A stretch of DNA of 64,000 bases from a virus (lineage: Duplodnaviria > Heunggongvirae > Uroviricota > Caudoviricetes), in IMG/VR virus record IMGVR_UViG_3300017792_000001, positions 200,697-264,696 of that record; one strand, 5' to 3'. The notes beneath the pieces were generated by a model that saw only the letters and a program-made list of their open reading frames with translations, did no database searches and was not told the DNA's origin. The translations under genes and the position numbers were made by a program. Shown here piece after piece: positions 53,985 to 62,566 of the stretch (its first letter is position 1; every line of letters starts with the position of its first letter).

Positions 53985-55647
53985 TGCAGTCCAGAAGGAT
54001 TCGGTAGTTGCCTTCCTAAAACTCCTGGCCACTCTGTACGTTACCTACGACCAGAAACTGACGAAGGAACAACTCCGTCGGATGAACATGTGGGCATCGG
54101 AAGCAGAGGAATTCCTCACCAAGTTCAAGCTCAAAGCCCTCGCTGCCAAGGCCGTGCGTCTGGTAGTTGCTGGCGAAGACCCAAACACCGACGATGACAC
54201 TGACAGCGCAATCAGTGACTTCCTGTTGGAGTTGAAAGACCGCACCCCGTTGTTCCAGAAGGAAACGGACATCAGCCGCATTCAGATGGGCTTGATCAAC
54301 GACTTCCGTCTCGCGCACTTCGGGTCTGAAACTGCAGCCAAGCGATTGCTCAAGGGCGTTACGTCCATCGGCGATCCAATGGTCACCCAGTTTTACCAGC
54401 ACGACTTCGAAAGTCTGGATCACGGCAGCGTGTACTCCAAACTTCAGGCATTGGTGAAAAAGTACGGTAAAGTGCCGGGCTACATCATGCCAACCGAAGT
54501 GCTGGAAGCGTGGCAAGCAGAAGCGAAGGCCAAGGGCGTCAAACACCCAGGCCATGCCGAGTACCTGATGTTGCGTCGTGAAGTCAACGACATCTACAAG
54601 AAGGCTCTGGCGAACATCGTCCGTGGTGCCAACGAGAAGTACCTGCCACTGCGCGACGTTGTGCAGAAGCTCAAGGGTATGGGCGTTGTCCACAACCTGC
54701 CAACCGGGTATGTCGGTAACATCGACGACTTGGGCAACTTCTACACCACCACTGGTAAGAAGCTGCTCCAGAACCCAAGCGGCGAAGTGCTGATGAATCC
54801 GAAGTACGATGCGGATCAGGACAATGCGTATGTGTGCTCGTTCACACCGCCATTCGCCCAGAAGCCAACCCGTGCTTACACCGTTGAGTATCGTCAAGAT
54901 GCCAAGGGTGCCAAGTTTGAAATCGTCAACGACATCCTGCCGAAGCTGAATGCTTTGACCAAGAAGTGGTTGCCGGATCTGCGTCATGTCGGCAAGAAGA
55001 AAGAAGGTACTCTGGCTGCGTTGTGTGAGTTCATCTATGACACCTCTGCCCGCGTTGGCAACAAGAACGCGAACACTGGTGGCGTGAAGACTTACGGTGC
55101 CACCCAGCTTGAAGCCAAGCACTTCAAGTTTGCCCAGAACTCCTGCACCATCAAGTACGTCGGCAAGTCCGGCGGTGCCCAGGCCCACAAAGTCTCGTTC
55201 ACCTCTGTTCGTGGCAAGCAGCTCGGCGAAGCGCTGAACAAGCTGGCTGCTGGCAAGAAGCCTACTGATGCGGTATTCACGTTCAACGGTGAGCAAGTAA
55301 CTGGCACCATGATCAACCGCTATCTGCACAAGCTGGGCTTCCCGCGTGAGTTCACCGTGCATAAGCTGCGTACTGCGCGTGGTACTCAACTGGCGATGGC
55401 TATCCTGAACTCCAGCCCTTTCAAGAAGGGTGATGGCACTAAGGACACCGTCGTTCACAAATGGCTTGAGACTGAGCTATTGAAAGTCGGTTCGGAGCTT
55501 GGGCATATGTCGGGTGAGAAGGTCACCAGTGCTACAGCGATCCAGAACTACATCGCTCCTGAGATTCTGGCGCAGTTCTATGCCAAGCTCGGTATGCGCC
55601 CATCTTCGAAGGTCCAGAAGGCCATCGACTCCGCAAGCAAGGAATGA
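53968..55647 (+). CDS. DNA topoisomerase IB-like protein with a long N-terminal extension
   Basis: Catalytic pentad: ARVGN (R), YVGKSG (K), HKLRT (R), ELGH (H), TAIQNYI (Y); TYGATQL also typical of TopIB. Confidence 0.85.
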   Translation: MQTSLSAVQKDSVVAFLKLLATLYVTYDQKLTKEQLRRMNMWASEAEEFLTKFKLKALAAKAVRLVVAGEDPNTDDDTDSAISDFLLELKDRTPLFQKETDISRIQMGLINDFRLAHFGSETAAKRLLKGVTSIGDPMVTQFYQHDFESLDHGSVYSKLQALVKKYGKVPGYIMPTEVLEAWQAEAKAKGVKHPGHAEYLMLRREVNDIYKKALANIVRGANEKYLPLRDVVQKLKGMGVVHNLPTGYVGNIDDLGNFYTTTGKKLLQNPSGEVLMNPKYDADQDNAYVCSFTPPFAQKPTRAYTVEYRQDAKGAKFEIVNDILPKLNALTKKWLPDLRHVGKKKEGTLAALCEFIYDTSARVGNKNANTGGVKTYGATQLEAKHFKFAQNSCTIKYVGKSGGAQAHKVSFTSVRGKQLGEALNKLAAGKKPTDAVFTFNGEQVTGTMINRYLHKLGFPREFTVHKLRTARGTQLAMAILNSSPFKKGDGTKDTVVHKWLETELLKVGSELGHMSGEKVTSATAIQNYIAPEILAQFYAKLGMRPSSKVQKAIDSASKE

Positions 55648-55650
55648 TCC

Positions 55651-57039
55651 ATGCAGATTTCATTTCCGATGTCGATGCCTGCTTCAATTCAGGCAACTGC
55701 TGCCGCTCTGGCTGACATCAAGAAAGGCAGTACAGTCGCGATTCAAGTGGACACGCGCAAATGGTTCCTGGGTACTGTCACCAGTAAAGGTAGCAAGAAG
55801 ATCGCGGTCGATACCTTTGATGGTGTTTACTCGATTGCTACCGAGGACGTGGACGATGTTGTGCGCAGCGTCGATCTGTCGGCTATGAAAGCTGCCGAAG
55901 CCAAGCGTGCAATGAAAGCCACGTACACCGCTACCCAGTTAAAAGCGTTGACGCCGAAAGCAGCAACCAAGACCGCACTCAAAGCGCCGAAGGTCACTGC
56001 ACCTGCGAAGCCTCCGAAGGCTGAACCCAAGGCCAAGGTGATTGATCAGGAAGTAGGTAAAGGCAGCAAGCTTGCACCTGCTCCGAAGACGAAGAAGGTA
56101 GCTACTGCCAATCTCTACGGCATGGCATCGTTCACTCGTCGTGACGGCACGAACCCGATGGTCAGCATCTACAAGAAGATTTTCGGTGCCAGTCCACCAC
56201 ACGCGGGTACGAAGTTCAAGGTGAAAGACGGTAGTGATTCGCTGATGTGCGAAGTAAATCACATGGTCAGCAACCACGTCATGGTAGTCGATACCGAAGC
56301 GCGCCGCAATGTGGAGTTCATCTTCGTCAAAGACCAAGGTGTTTACCGCAACGACGAATACAGCGCCATTCCAGCACAGTATCAGAATCTGGTCAGCAAG
56401 CCACGAGCGCAGACCAGTATGCCAACGAAGCCGAGTCCGAATGTCAGCACCAAGACACCAGCACCGCGCATCGTTGAACCGTACAGCTATCGTGACAAGT
56501 ACGGCGAGACGGAACTGACCGACGCAGCCCTGCCTACTGACATCAGGGATCCAGCGATCTACAAGCAGACGTTCTACGGGCGCGTGCTGAGTACAGGTCG
56601 GGCATCGTCTCACCTGAGTGAGGTAGTGATCGTTGGTACTGGCACCTTCAAAGGCAAGACTGCCTGGGTAGCGTTCCCAATTCGCGACAAGACTGACCGT
56701 CCACGTCTGCTGTACTACCCGATCCATGCACCGAAACCTGAGTGGCTCACCAAGCCGCAAGTGTCGTTCGAGGATCTGAAACGCTACCGCCTGCGCAGTC
56801 AGCAGAAAGCGGAAGTGATGAATGATCGCAAGGAGAAGAAGGCTGAACTGGGTGCCCAAGTGGCCCAGACCATGGAGCTTCGTGTAGGGTATAACGCCCT
56901 GATCAAGTTCAGCAACGGCAACTTCTGGAAGCAGATCCTGCAAGTCGATCATGACAAGCAAGTGATCTACATTCAAGGTAGCCGCACCAAACGTCGCACC
57001 ATTCCGTTTGCTCTCATCCAGCAGACTGCACAGAAATAA
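55651..57039 (+). CDS. Multidomain basic protein with MQISFPM leader (putative internal head protein)
   Basis: SH3/KOW-like beta segments joined by K/P/A linkers. Confidence 0.6.
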   Translation: MQISFPMSMPASIQATAAALADIKKGSTVAIQVDTRKWFLGTVTSKGSKKIAVDTFDGVYSIATEDVDDVVRSVDLSAMKAAEAKRAMKATYTATQLKALTPKAATKTALKAPKVTAPAKPPKAEPKAKVIDQEVGKGSKLAPAPKTKKVATANLYGMASFTRRDGTNPMVSIYKKIFGASPPHAGTKFKVKDGSDSLMCEVNHMVSNHVMVVDTEARRNVEFIFVKDQGVYRNDEYSAIPAQYQNLVSKPRAQTSMPTKPSPNVSTKTPAPRIVEPYSYRDKYGETELTDAALPTDIRDPAIYKQTFYGRVLSTGRASSHLSEVVIVGTGTFKGKTAWVAFPIRDKTDRPRLLYYPIHAPKPEWLTKPQVSFEDLKRYRLRSQQKAEVMNDRKEKKAELGAQVAQTMELRVGYNALIKFSNGNFWKQILQVDHDKQVIYIQGSRTKRRTIPFALIQQTAQK

Positions 57040-57050
57040 GTGGAGCGTTT

Positions 57051-57245
57051 ATGAAGATTCGTATCACAATGAAGGCCGAGGCTAAGGAGGCAGGCGGCGG
57101 AAACTTCTCCGCAGACTTCGCAAAGGCTAAGGCTGCAGTAGCCGCAGCCACCCGTGACAGGGATAACGCCCAGGCCGCATTGGATCTGGCCCAGACGCGG
57201 TTGAATAAGATGGTAGAGGCTCAATTGCAGCGTTACGCCGCATAG
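57051..57245 (+). CDS. Small coiled-coil protein with MKIRITMKAEA leader
   Basis: GGAG RBS. Confidence 0.6.
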   Translation: MKIRITMKAEAKEAGGGNFSADFAKAKAAVAAATRDRDNAQAALDLAQTRLNKMVEAQLQRYAA

Positions 57246-57340
57246 CCTGTACTCCGTTTTTGCTATTGATAATATACAGTCTCTAGCGAATTTTATTGTA
57301 AGCGTTGGTGATCTACGGTTTAGAGCATTTTTGCAAGCTC

Positions 57341-57347
57341 TAATTTA
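57341..57347 (+). promoter_or_regulatory. TAATTTA candidate late promoter of the head operon
   Basis: AT-rich intergenic region upstream of scaffold and capsid genes. Confidence 0.6.
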
Positions 57348-57417
57348 TTTGAATCGTGACAAAAGTTGCGATTGCTTAACGTAGGTTTGTTATTCCTACA
57401 CAAATCTGGAGACAACA

Positions 57418-59445
57418 ATGACGAAGCCCACTATCCGCGGTATCGTTGTTGCCGGTAACTCTCTGGAAGAAGCACAAGAACTCTATCGCGCTGTGGCTAC
57501 TGGCCAAGACGTAAAGGCAATGCACGACGAGGGTGAAACCTTCGTTGTATTGTCGTCCGCGAAGTCCGATATCAGCATGATCAACCCACTGACTGGTGCG
57601 GACGATCTTCATGTTGGTGACGGCCTGACCGAGCAGATGGAATTCTTGTCTTCCGACAGCGAAGCCGTCAACATCAACTACACCGTGTGCCTGGCCGGCT
57701 GCCAAGCTCACGTCCTCGCTGACGACGCTGAAATGCTCACTCACTGCCCGGCCTGCGCTTCTGTGCTGCCTGAGCTGACTGCTGAGCAAATCGCTGCGCT
57801 GGCTGGCGAAGACGAAGACGAAGGTTGTGAAGGCTGCCAACTGGCCGCTATCGCTTCCGGCGCCACGCTCGAAGAAGCCGTTGCGAACTACCAGGCCATG
57901 GTGCTTGGTGAAAGCGAAAGCCCGCAGACCATCAAATGCGGCGACGTTCTCGTTTCCGTTGCTGGCGCTGGCGCGTTTGACCCGTACAAGGGTTGCGCAT
58001 CCACCATCGTCAAGCATGAACCCGAGTACCTGGAATCGTTGGCTTCGACCAGCGCCGAACTGGATGCTCACCACTTCGTTTGTGCTTCGAGCACCTGCGA
58101 AGCGCCGCACGTCGTTTCGTCTGACGACATGCCTGTCTTCTGCCCATCCTGCTCCAGCGGCCTGATGGAAGTTGACGACGTTCAAGAAGGTACCGAAGCC
58201 AACGCTGGTACTGACGACGAAGACGAAGACGACAACGATCAGGACGACAACAACGAAGCGAACGCCGGCACCGAAGATGATTCGGAAGAAGCCATCGCTG
58301 CTGCTGATGCCGACCTGGATCGCGAAATCGAAGAAGCCCTCGCAGGCTCCGACGATGACGACGACTCGGACGAAGATGACGAGGACGACGAAGACTTCGA
58401 AGACGACGATTCCGATGAGGATGAAGACGACGAAGAAGAGGAAGACGAGGACGAAGACGAGGATGATGAAGACCTCGGCGATGACGAAGATGAAGACGAA
58501 GAGGATGAGGACGAAGAAGACGACGCCCTGACCCTGTCGGTTTCCTCCGTCGTTGAAACTCCTGCCGTCACCCGCGCCCGCAATCGTCAAGAAGCCCGTG
58601 CTTCGGTTCAGCAAGAAGAACAGGAAAGCGAGCAAATGACCGCCGTTGCCGCATCGTTCATCGCCACTGCCTCTGCGCAGAGCGAGCTGGACGTCAAGAA
58701 AGTCGAAGTTACCTACAGCGCCCTGGCGTCGGGTAACAAGTGGTTTGCATTCTACGACGGCGTGCCGTTCGCAGTAGCAACCGCAGCGTCTGCTGAGAAG
58801 CACTCGCAAATCTTCAACACCGATGTCTTCGGCCGTGCGTTCCTCGCACAAGCCAGCGAGCAGGGTGTGAACGTCGCAGTCGAAAACATGGGCTTCCAGG
58901 AAATCAAACCTGAAATCCAAGTTGCCGATTACGTGAAGTCCGAAATCGACCAACAGGTTGAAGTGAAGACCAACGAAGTCGCGCAAGCTGCTGCGCAAGA
59001 AAAAGCTGAACACGCTGACCGCCACTTGGCTGCCATGGCACTCGCTGCTACTGGTCTGACCAACAACTTCTTCAAAGGTCACGTCAACCCGATTGCCCAG
59101 CAACTGATCGAGTCGCTGTCTGCTGTCGGCCTGGATAACGCCGCGTCCCTCGTGAACCAAGCGTTCGTCCAGAACAGCGAAGCCTGGCACAAGATGCTGT
59201 TGGCACAAGCCAGCAAGATCATGAGCTACGGCCTCGACGCCCAGAACGAAATCGCCGAAGCTATCACCGGGAGCAATCCTGTTGAAGCAAACGCCAGCGC
59301 TTCGCCGGTGTCCATCGGTCGACCAGTTCAGGTTGCTCCAAAAGTTCCACAACAGGAGTTCGTTGAAGCCAACGCCTCCGTACAACCATCTGCTGATTTC
59401 AATACCCTGCTCGCTGGTGCGATGCGCGGGATCGGCAAGCGCTAA
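57418..59445 (+). CDS. Prohead core / scaffolding protein
   Basis: Upstream of capsid genes; Cys clusters, long acidic tract, helical C-terminus, repeated EANA[GS]. Confidence 0.65.
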   Translation: MTKPTIRGIVVAGNSLEEAQELYRAVATGQDVKAMHDEGETFVVLSSAKSDISMINPLTGADDLHVGDGLTEQMEFLSSDSEAVNINYTVCLAGCQAHVLADDAEMLTHCPACASVLPELTAEQIAALAGEDEDEGCEGCQLAAIASGATLEEAVANYQAMVLGESESPQTIKCGDVLVSVAGAGAFDPYKGCASTIVKHEPEYLESLASTSAELDAHHFVCASSTCEAPHVVSSDDMPVFCPSCSSGLMEVDDVQEGTEANAGTDDEDEDDNDQDDNNEANAGTEDDSEEAIAAADADLDREIEEALAGSDDDDDSDEDDEDDEDFEDDDSDEDEDDEEEEDEDEDEDDEDLGDDEDEDEEDEDEEDDALTLSVSSVVETPAVTRARNRQEARASVQQEEQESEQMTAVAASFIATASAQSELDVKKVEVTYSALASGNKWFAFYDGVPFAVATAASAEKHSQIFNTDVFGRAFLAQASEQGVNVAVENMGFQEIKPEIQVADYVKSEIDQQVEVKTNEVAQAAAQEKAEHADRHLAAMALAATGLTNNFFKGHVNPIAQQLIESLSAVGLDNAASLVNQAFVQNSEAWHKMLLAQASKIMSYGLDAQNEIAEAITGSNPVEANASASPVSIGRPVQVAPKVPQQEFVEANASVQPSADFNTLLAGAMRGIGKR

Positions 59446-59461
59446 CTCCTGGAGATAAACC

Positions 59462-60148
59462 ATGATCGTTCAAAAATACACTCGTCTCTTTCTGTCCGAG
59501 CACCGCAAAGTTGAAAGCGGTGTCATCATCCAGGAAGAAGGCCAAGCAATGGTCAACGTCAAGGAAAACGGCGAAACTGTCGTGCGTCCTTCGACTGGTG
59601 CTGCTGGTGAAGTCTTCGCCGGTATCTCCATGGCCCGCAACACTCCGCCGACCACCCTGCAGTGGGTTGCTCAAGGCGTGATCCCTGATACTGGCGCCGT
59701 CGAGCTGCCGCGTACCCCGATCACCGGTCAGATCCTGGTCAAGGTCGGCACCGACGTTGCAACCATCAGCGCTGGTGCTCCTGCATCTGCTACTGAAACC
59801 CAGCTGGCCGGTGACGTGATCACCTTCCACGCTGACAACATCGGCAAGAACTACTTCGTCCAGATCGCTTACGAGCCTGGTATGCAAGAAGCTCTGCAAC
59901 TGGTTGGCTCCATGCCGATCGGCGGCCTGGCTGCTACCTACCAAGGTGTGGTCGGTGTCATCACTCGTGGTGAAGTTGCGACTTCGTTCTACGATGCCGC
60001 TTCCGACTGGTCCACTGCCCTGAAAGTCAAGCTGGGCGCTGATGGCCGTTTCACCACCTCCGGTCCTGGCGATGTTATCCCAGGTCTGACCGTGATCAAT
60101 GCGCCGTCGTCCGAGAACTCTGCTCTCACCCTGCGCGTCAACGTTTAA
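59462..60148 (+). CDS. Head structural / decoration protein
   Basis: Between scaffold and MCP; all-beta, G/A/T-rich. Confidence 0.6.
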   Translation: MIVQKYTRLFLSEHRKVESGVIIQEEGQAMVNVKENGETVVRPSTGAAGEVFAGISMARNTPPTTLQWVAQGVIPDTGAVELPRTPITGQILVKVGTDVATISAGAPASATETQLAGDVITFHADNIGKNYFVQIAYEPGMQEALQLVGSMPIGGLAATYQGVVGVITRGEVATSFYDAASDWSTALKVKLGADGRFTTSGPGDVIPGLTVINAPSSENSALTLRVNV

Positions 60149-60200
60149 CTGCGGCTGCCTGAGAGCAACGTAGAACTCGAACATTTTCTGGAGATTTACC

Positions 60201-61316
60201 ATGTCCAAACCAGCATTCGCCGGTGCAAGCCTTGTCCTGAAGGACGGCAGCCCAATCACCGACCTGCGCCTCGGCAAAGGCCGTGAACTCGCTCTGTCCG
60301 CTTCGACTGGCGACATCAACGCTTCGAGCACCAAGGACGCGATGGTTGTCCTGGGCCAACTGATGCAAGCATACGCCTCTGGCGAAATCATGCATCAACA
60401 GCCACAGACCATGTCTGCGCGCGAAGAAGCCACCGCTGCTACCGAAATGCGTCGTCAAGTTCTGGCCGAAGCCCGTGCTGACGTGACCGGCGCCAAGTGG
60501 GCCGCCCTGGGCGCCTCCCTGGCTCAACAAGTGAACGAACAAGCTGACCGTGAAGGCTTCGTGCGGAAGCTGATGGTCGGTAACACTCTGACCCAGGGTC
60601 AGTTCCAGCGTATCCCGATGCCGACCCATGACACCATGGCCGTCATCGCTACCTCCAGCGCGAACGTTGGTTACCAGACCATCCGTAACCGCGTGTTCAC
60701 CCCGGACGAGTTCGAAATTCAGGCCAACGTTCGCGTTGAAAACCTGGACATCCAACAAGTCAACGGCGACCTGCTGGATCACGCGTACAACGACGCGCTG
60801 CAATCCATCATGGTTGCAGAAGACCGTCTGTGGAAGAAAGCTGCTGACGCCACCGTCGGTGTTGTCAACAACCTGGAACTGATCGCTGGCGAACTGACCA
60901 CCAAGAACCTGGGTCGTCTGCGTCAAGCCATCGCTCGCTGGGGCCTGCCTGCTACCCACATCGTGATGTCCAACGATTACTGGGCTGACGTCATCGGTTC
61001 GAACGACTTCGCAACGTTCTTCGACCCGATCACCAAGTACGACCTGGTTCTGAACGGCCAGATCGGTACCCTGGTTGGCATGAACATCATCACCGACGCA
61101 TTCCGTCAGCCGAACCAGAAGGTTCTGAACCCTGGCGAAATCTACGTGGTGGCCTCGCCTGAGAACCACGGTGCCTACTCCACTCGTGGCGGCATCCAGT
61201 CCTCGCCTACCAACGGCGCTGACGCTGGTAACAGCACCCGCGGCTGGTTCATGGTTGAACCGTTCAGCTTGGTAATCGCGAACGTGCGCTCCGTGGTCAA
61301 AGGTCGTCGCATCTAA
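60201..61316 (+). CDS. Major capsid protein (HK97 fold)
   Basis: 371 aa; strong codon bias; MVAEDRLW, GQIGTLVGMNIITD, PGEIYVV, GWFMVE; position in head operon. Confidence 0.85.
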   Translation: MSKPAFAGASLVLKDGSPITDLRLGKGRELALSASTGDINASSTKDAMVVLGQLMQAYASGEIMHQQPQTMSAREEATAATEMRRQVLAEARADVTGAKWAALGASLAQQVNEQADREGFVRKLMVGNTLTQGQFQRIPMPTHDTMAVIATSSANVGYQTIRNRVFTPDEFEIQANVRVENLDIQQVNGDLLDHAYNDALQSIMVAEDRLWKKAADATVGVVNNLELIAGELTTKNLGRLRQAIARWGLPATHIVMSNDYWADVIGSNDFATFFDPITKYDLVLNGQIGTLVGMNIITDAFRQPNQKVLNPGEIYVVASPENHGAYSTRGGIQSSPTNGADAGNSTRGWFMVEPFSLVIANVRSVVKGRRI

Positions 61317-61403
61317 TGCGGCTGCACTGCATGATTTGCTAGACTGGAGAGCGCCCCTCCTGACAGCGTTGATTGCAGTGCGCCTTTGCCTGGAGTAAGC
61401 ATC

Positions 61404-61853
61404 ATGAGCGGCAAACTGAATCTCGCGCTTGCCGTTATCGCGATGCAGCATGGTAACAAGGACGACTGTCTGAGTTACATGGCAAAAGCTGCTGAATTCG
61501 GAGACGATCTAACCGATTTTGTCTCCGAGATCATTAAGCCGCCGCCACGTGCAGCGCGGAACGATGGCTCAACGCCACAAGCAGAAAACACACTGTCTCC
61601 GTCGCTCGCATCTTCGAATGCAGACTTCGTTACACTCGGCAACCGGGTCAGCCGTGTCATGGCAATTGCTGCAAGCCTTGATCATGGTGATGAAATGGAC
61701 GCTGAGCAAGCGGATGAGTTCTTTGACGATGACCTCGAACTCGATACCGGCATTGACGGTGTTGACGAGGACGACGAAGACGAAGAAGAAGACCAAGAAG
61801 AAGAAGAGGCCCTTGCCTCAACGACTGCCGGTCCTATTCGGTACAAGCGTTAA
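61404..61853 (+). CDS. Acidic head-associated protein
   Basis: GGAG RBS; SLAS, AIAAS, EALASTTAG motifs. Confidence 0.6.
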   Translation: MSGKLNLALAVIAMQHGNKDDCLSYMAKAAEFGDDLTDFVSEIIKPPPRAARNDGSTPQAENTLSPSLASSNADFVTLGNRVSRVMAIAASLDHGDEMDAEQADEFFDDDLELDTGIDGVDEDDEDEEEDQEEEEALASTTAGPIRYKR

Positions 61854-61856
61854 CAA

Positions 61857-61887
61857 GTGGCGGCCTTCGTGGTCGCCATTTTCGTTT
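61857..61887 (+). terminator. Intrinsic terminator
   Basis: gtggcggcc / ggtcgccat followed by tttcgttt. Confidence 0.7.
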
Positions 61888-61897
61888 GGAGTGCCTT

Positions 61898-62566
61898 ATG
61901 AAACTGACCGATAATGTGGATCGCATCGTTGACAAGAACAGCGCTGCATTCCTCACACTGTATACCTTCCGGGAAGCGGTTCAACGTTTCTTTGGGATCG
62001 AAGAATTCCCGCTGATCCAGTCTAACGACGTGAAGCGTGAAGTGAAAAAGAGCCTCGGTGTGGATGATCCAAACCACAGCGTCGCCGGTATTTACCCGTA
62101 CAGCTACTGGTCTTTGAGCGACATTGGTCTGGTAAAGGATCAACAGACGATCAAAGGCATCGCCCGGAACTCTCTGGGTTTCACGGTGGACGAACTCCAG
62201 AACGCAGTCGTCAAGAAGGCGTATCTGTTCCCATCGTCGATCAACGTGGAAATGCACTATCTCACCAAGGACTTGGTTGATGCAATGACCTTCATCAGTC
62301 GTGCATTGATTGTTGGGCATAGTGGTAAGCTCAACGCCGAGGTGCAGCTTGATGGTGCTAAGTGGTTCGTCACCACAACGATGACCAGCGAGTCCATCTC
62401 CATTCCTCGGAGTGATAAGGACAGCGAAGCGGATCCAGAAGCAATGGATCTTGTCGTCAGCTTCCGTATCGACACCAAGCTGGGCGTCATGCGTGATGTG
62501 CCGAAGATCAACAACCGCGGTACTGTCACTCAAGGCGTAGAGCTTCAGGAGCACGGCAATGGTTGA
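61898..62566 (+). CDS. Putative neck / tail-completion structural protein
   Basis: Position after head genes; fold guess only. Confidence 0.45.
   Translation: MKLTDNVDRIVDKNSAAFLTLYTFREAVQRFFGIEEFPLIQSNDVKREVKKSLGVDDPNHSVAGIYPYSYWSLSDIGLVKDQQTIKGIARNSLGFTVDELQNAVVKKAYLFPSSINVEMHYLTKDLVDAMTFISRALIVGHSGKLNAEVQLDGAKWFVTTTMTSESISIPRSDKDSEADPEAMDLVVSFRIDTKLGVMRDVPKINNRGTVTQGVELQEHGNG

Noticed and set aside
53968-55647. Integrase indicating a prophage
   Set aside because: Motif context (RVGN, YGATQL, GKSG, ELGH..T..A..NYI) fits TopIB better; no host genes, att sites or repressor in the window
1457-61451. Many long minus-strand ORFs (e.g. 1457..3178, 7513..9276, 38617..40536, 57376..59463)
   Set aside because: They mirror + strand genes in register, have V/L/D-rich antisense composition and show no motifs; they are shadows of strong codon bias
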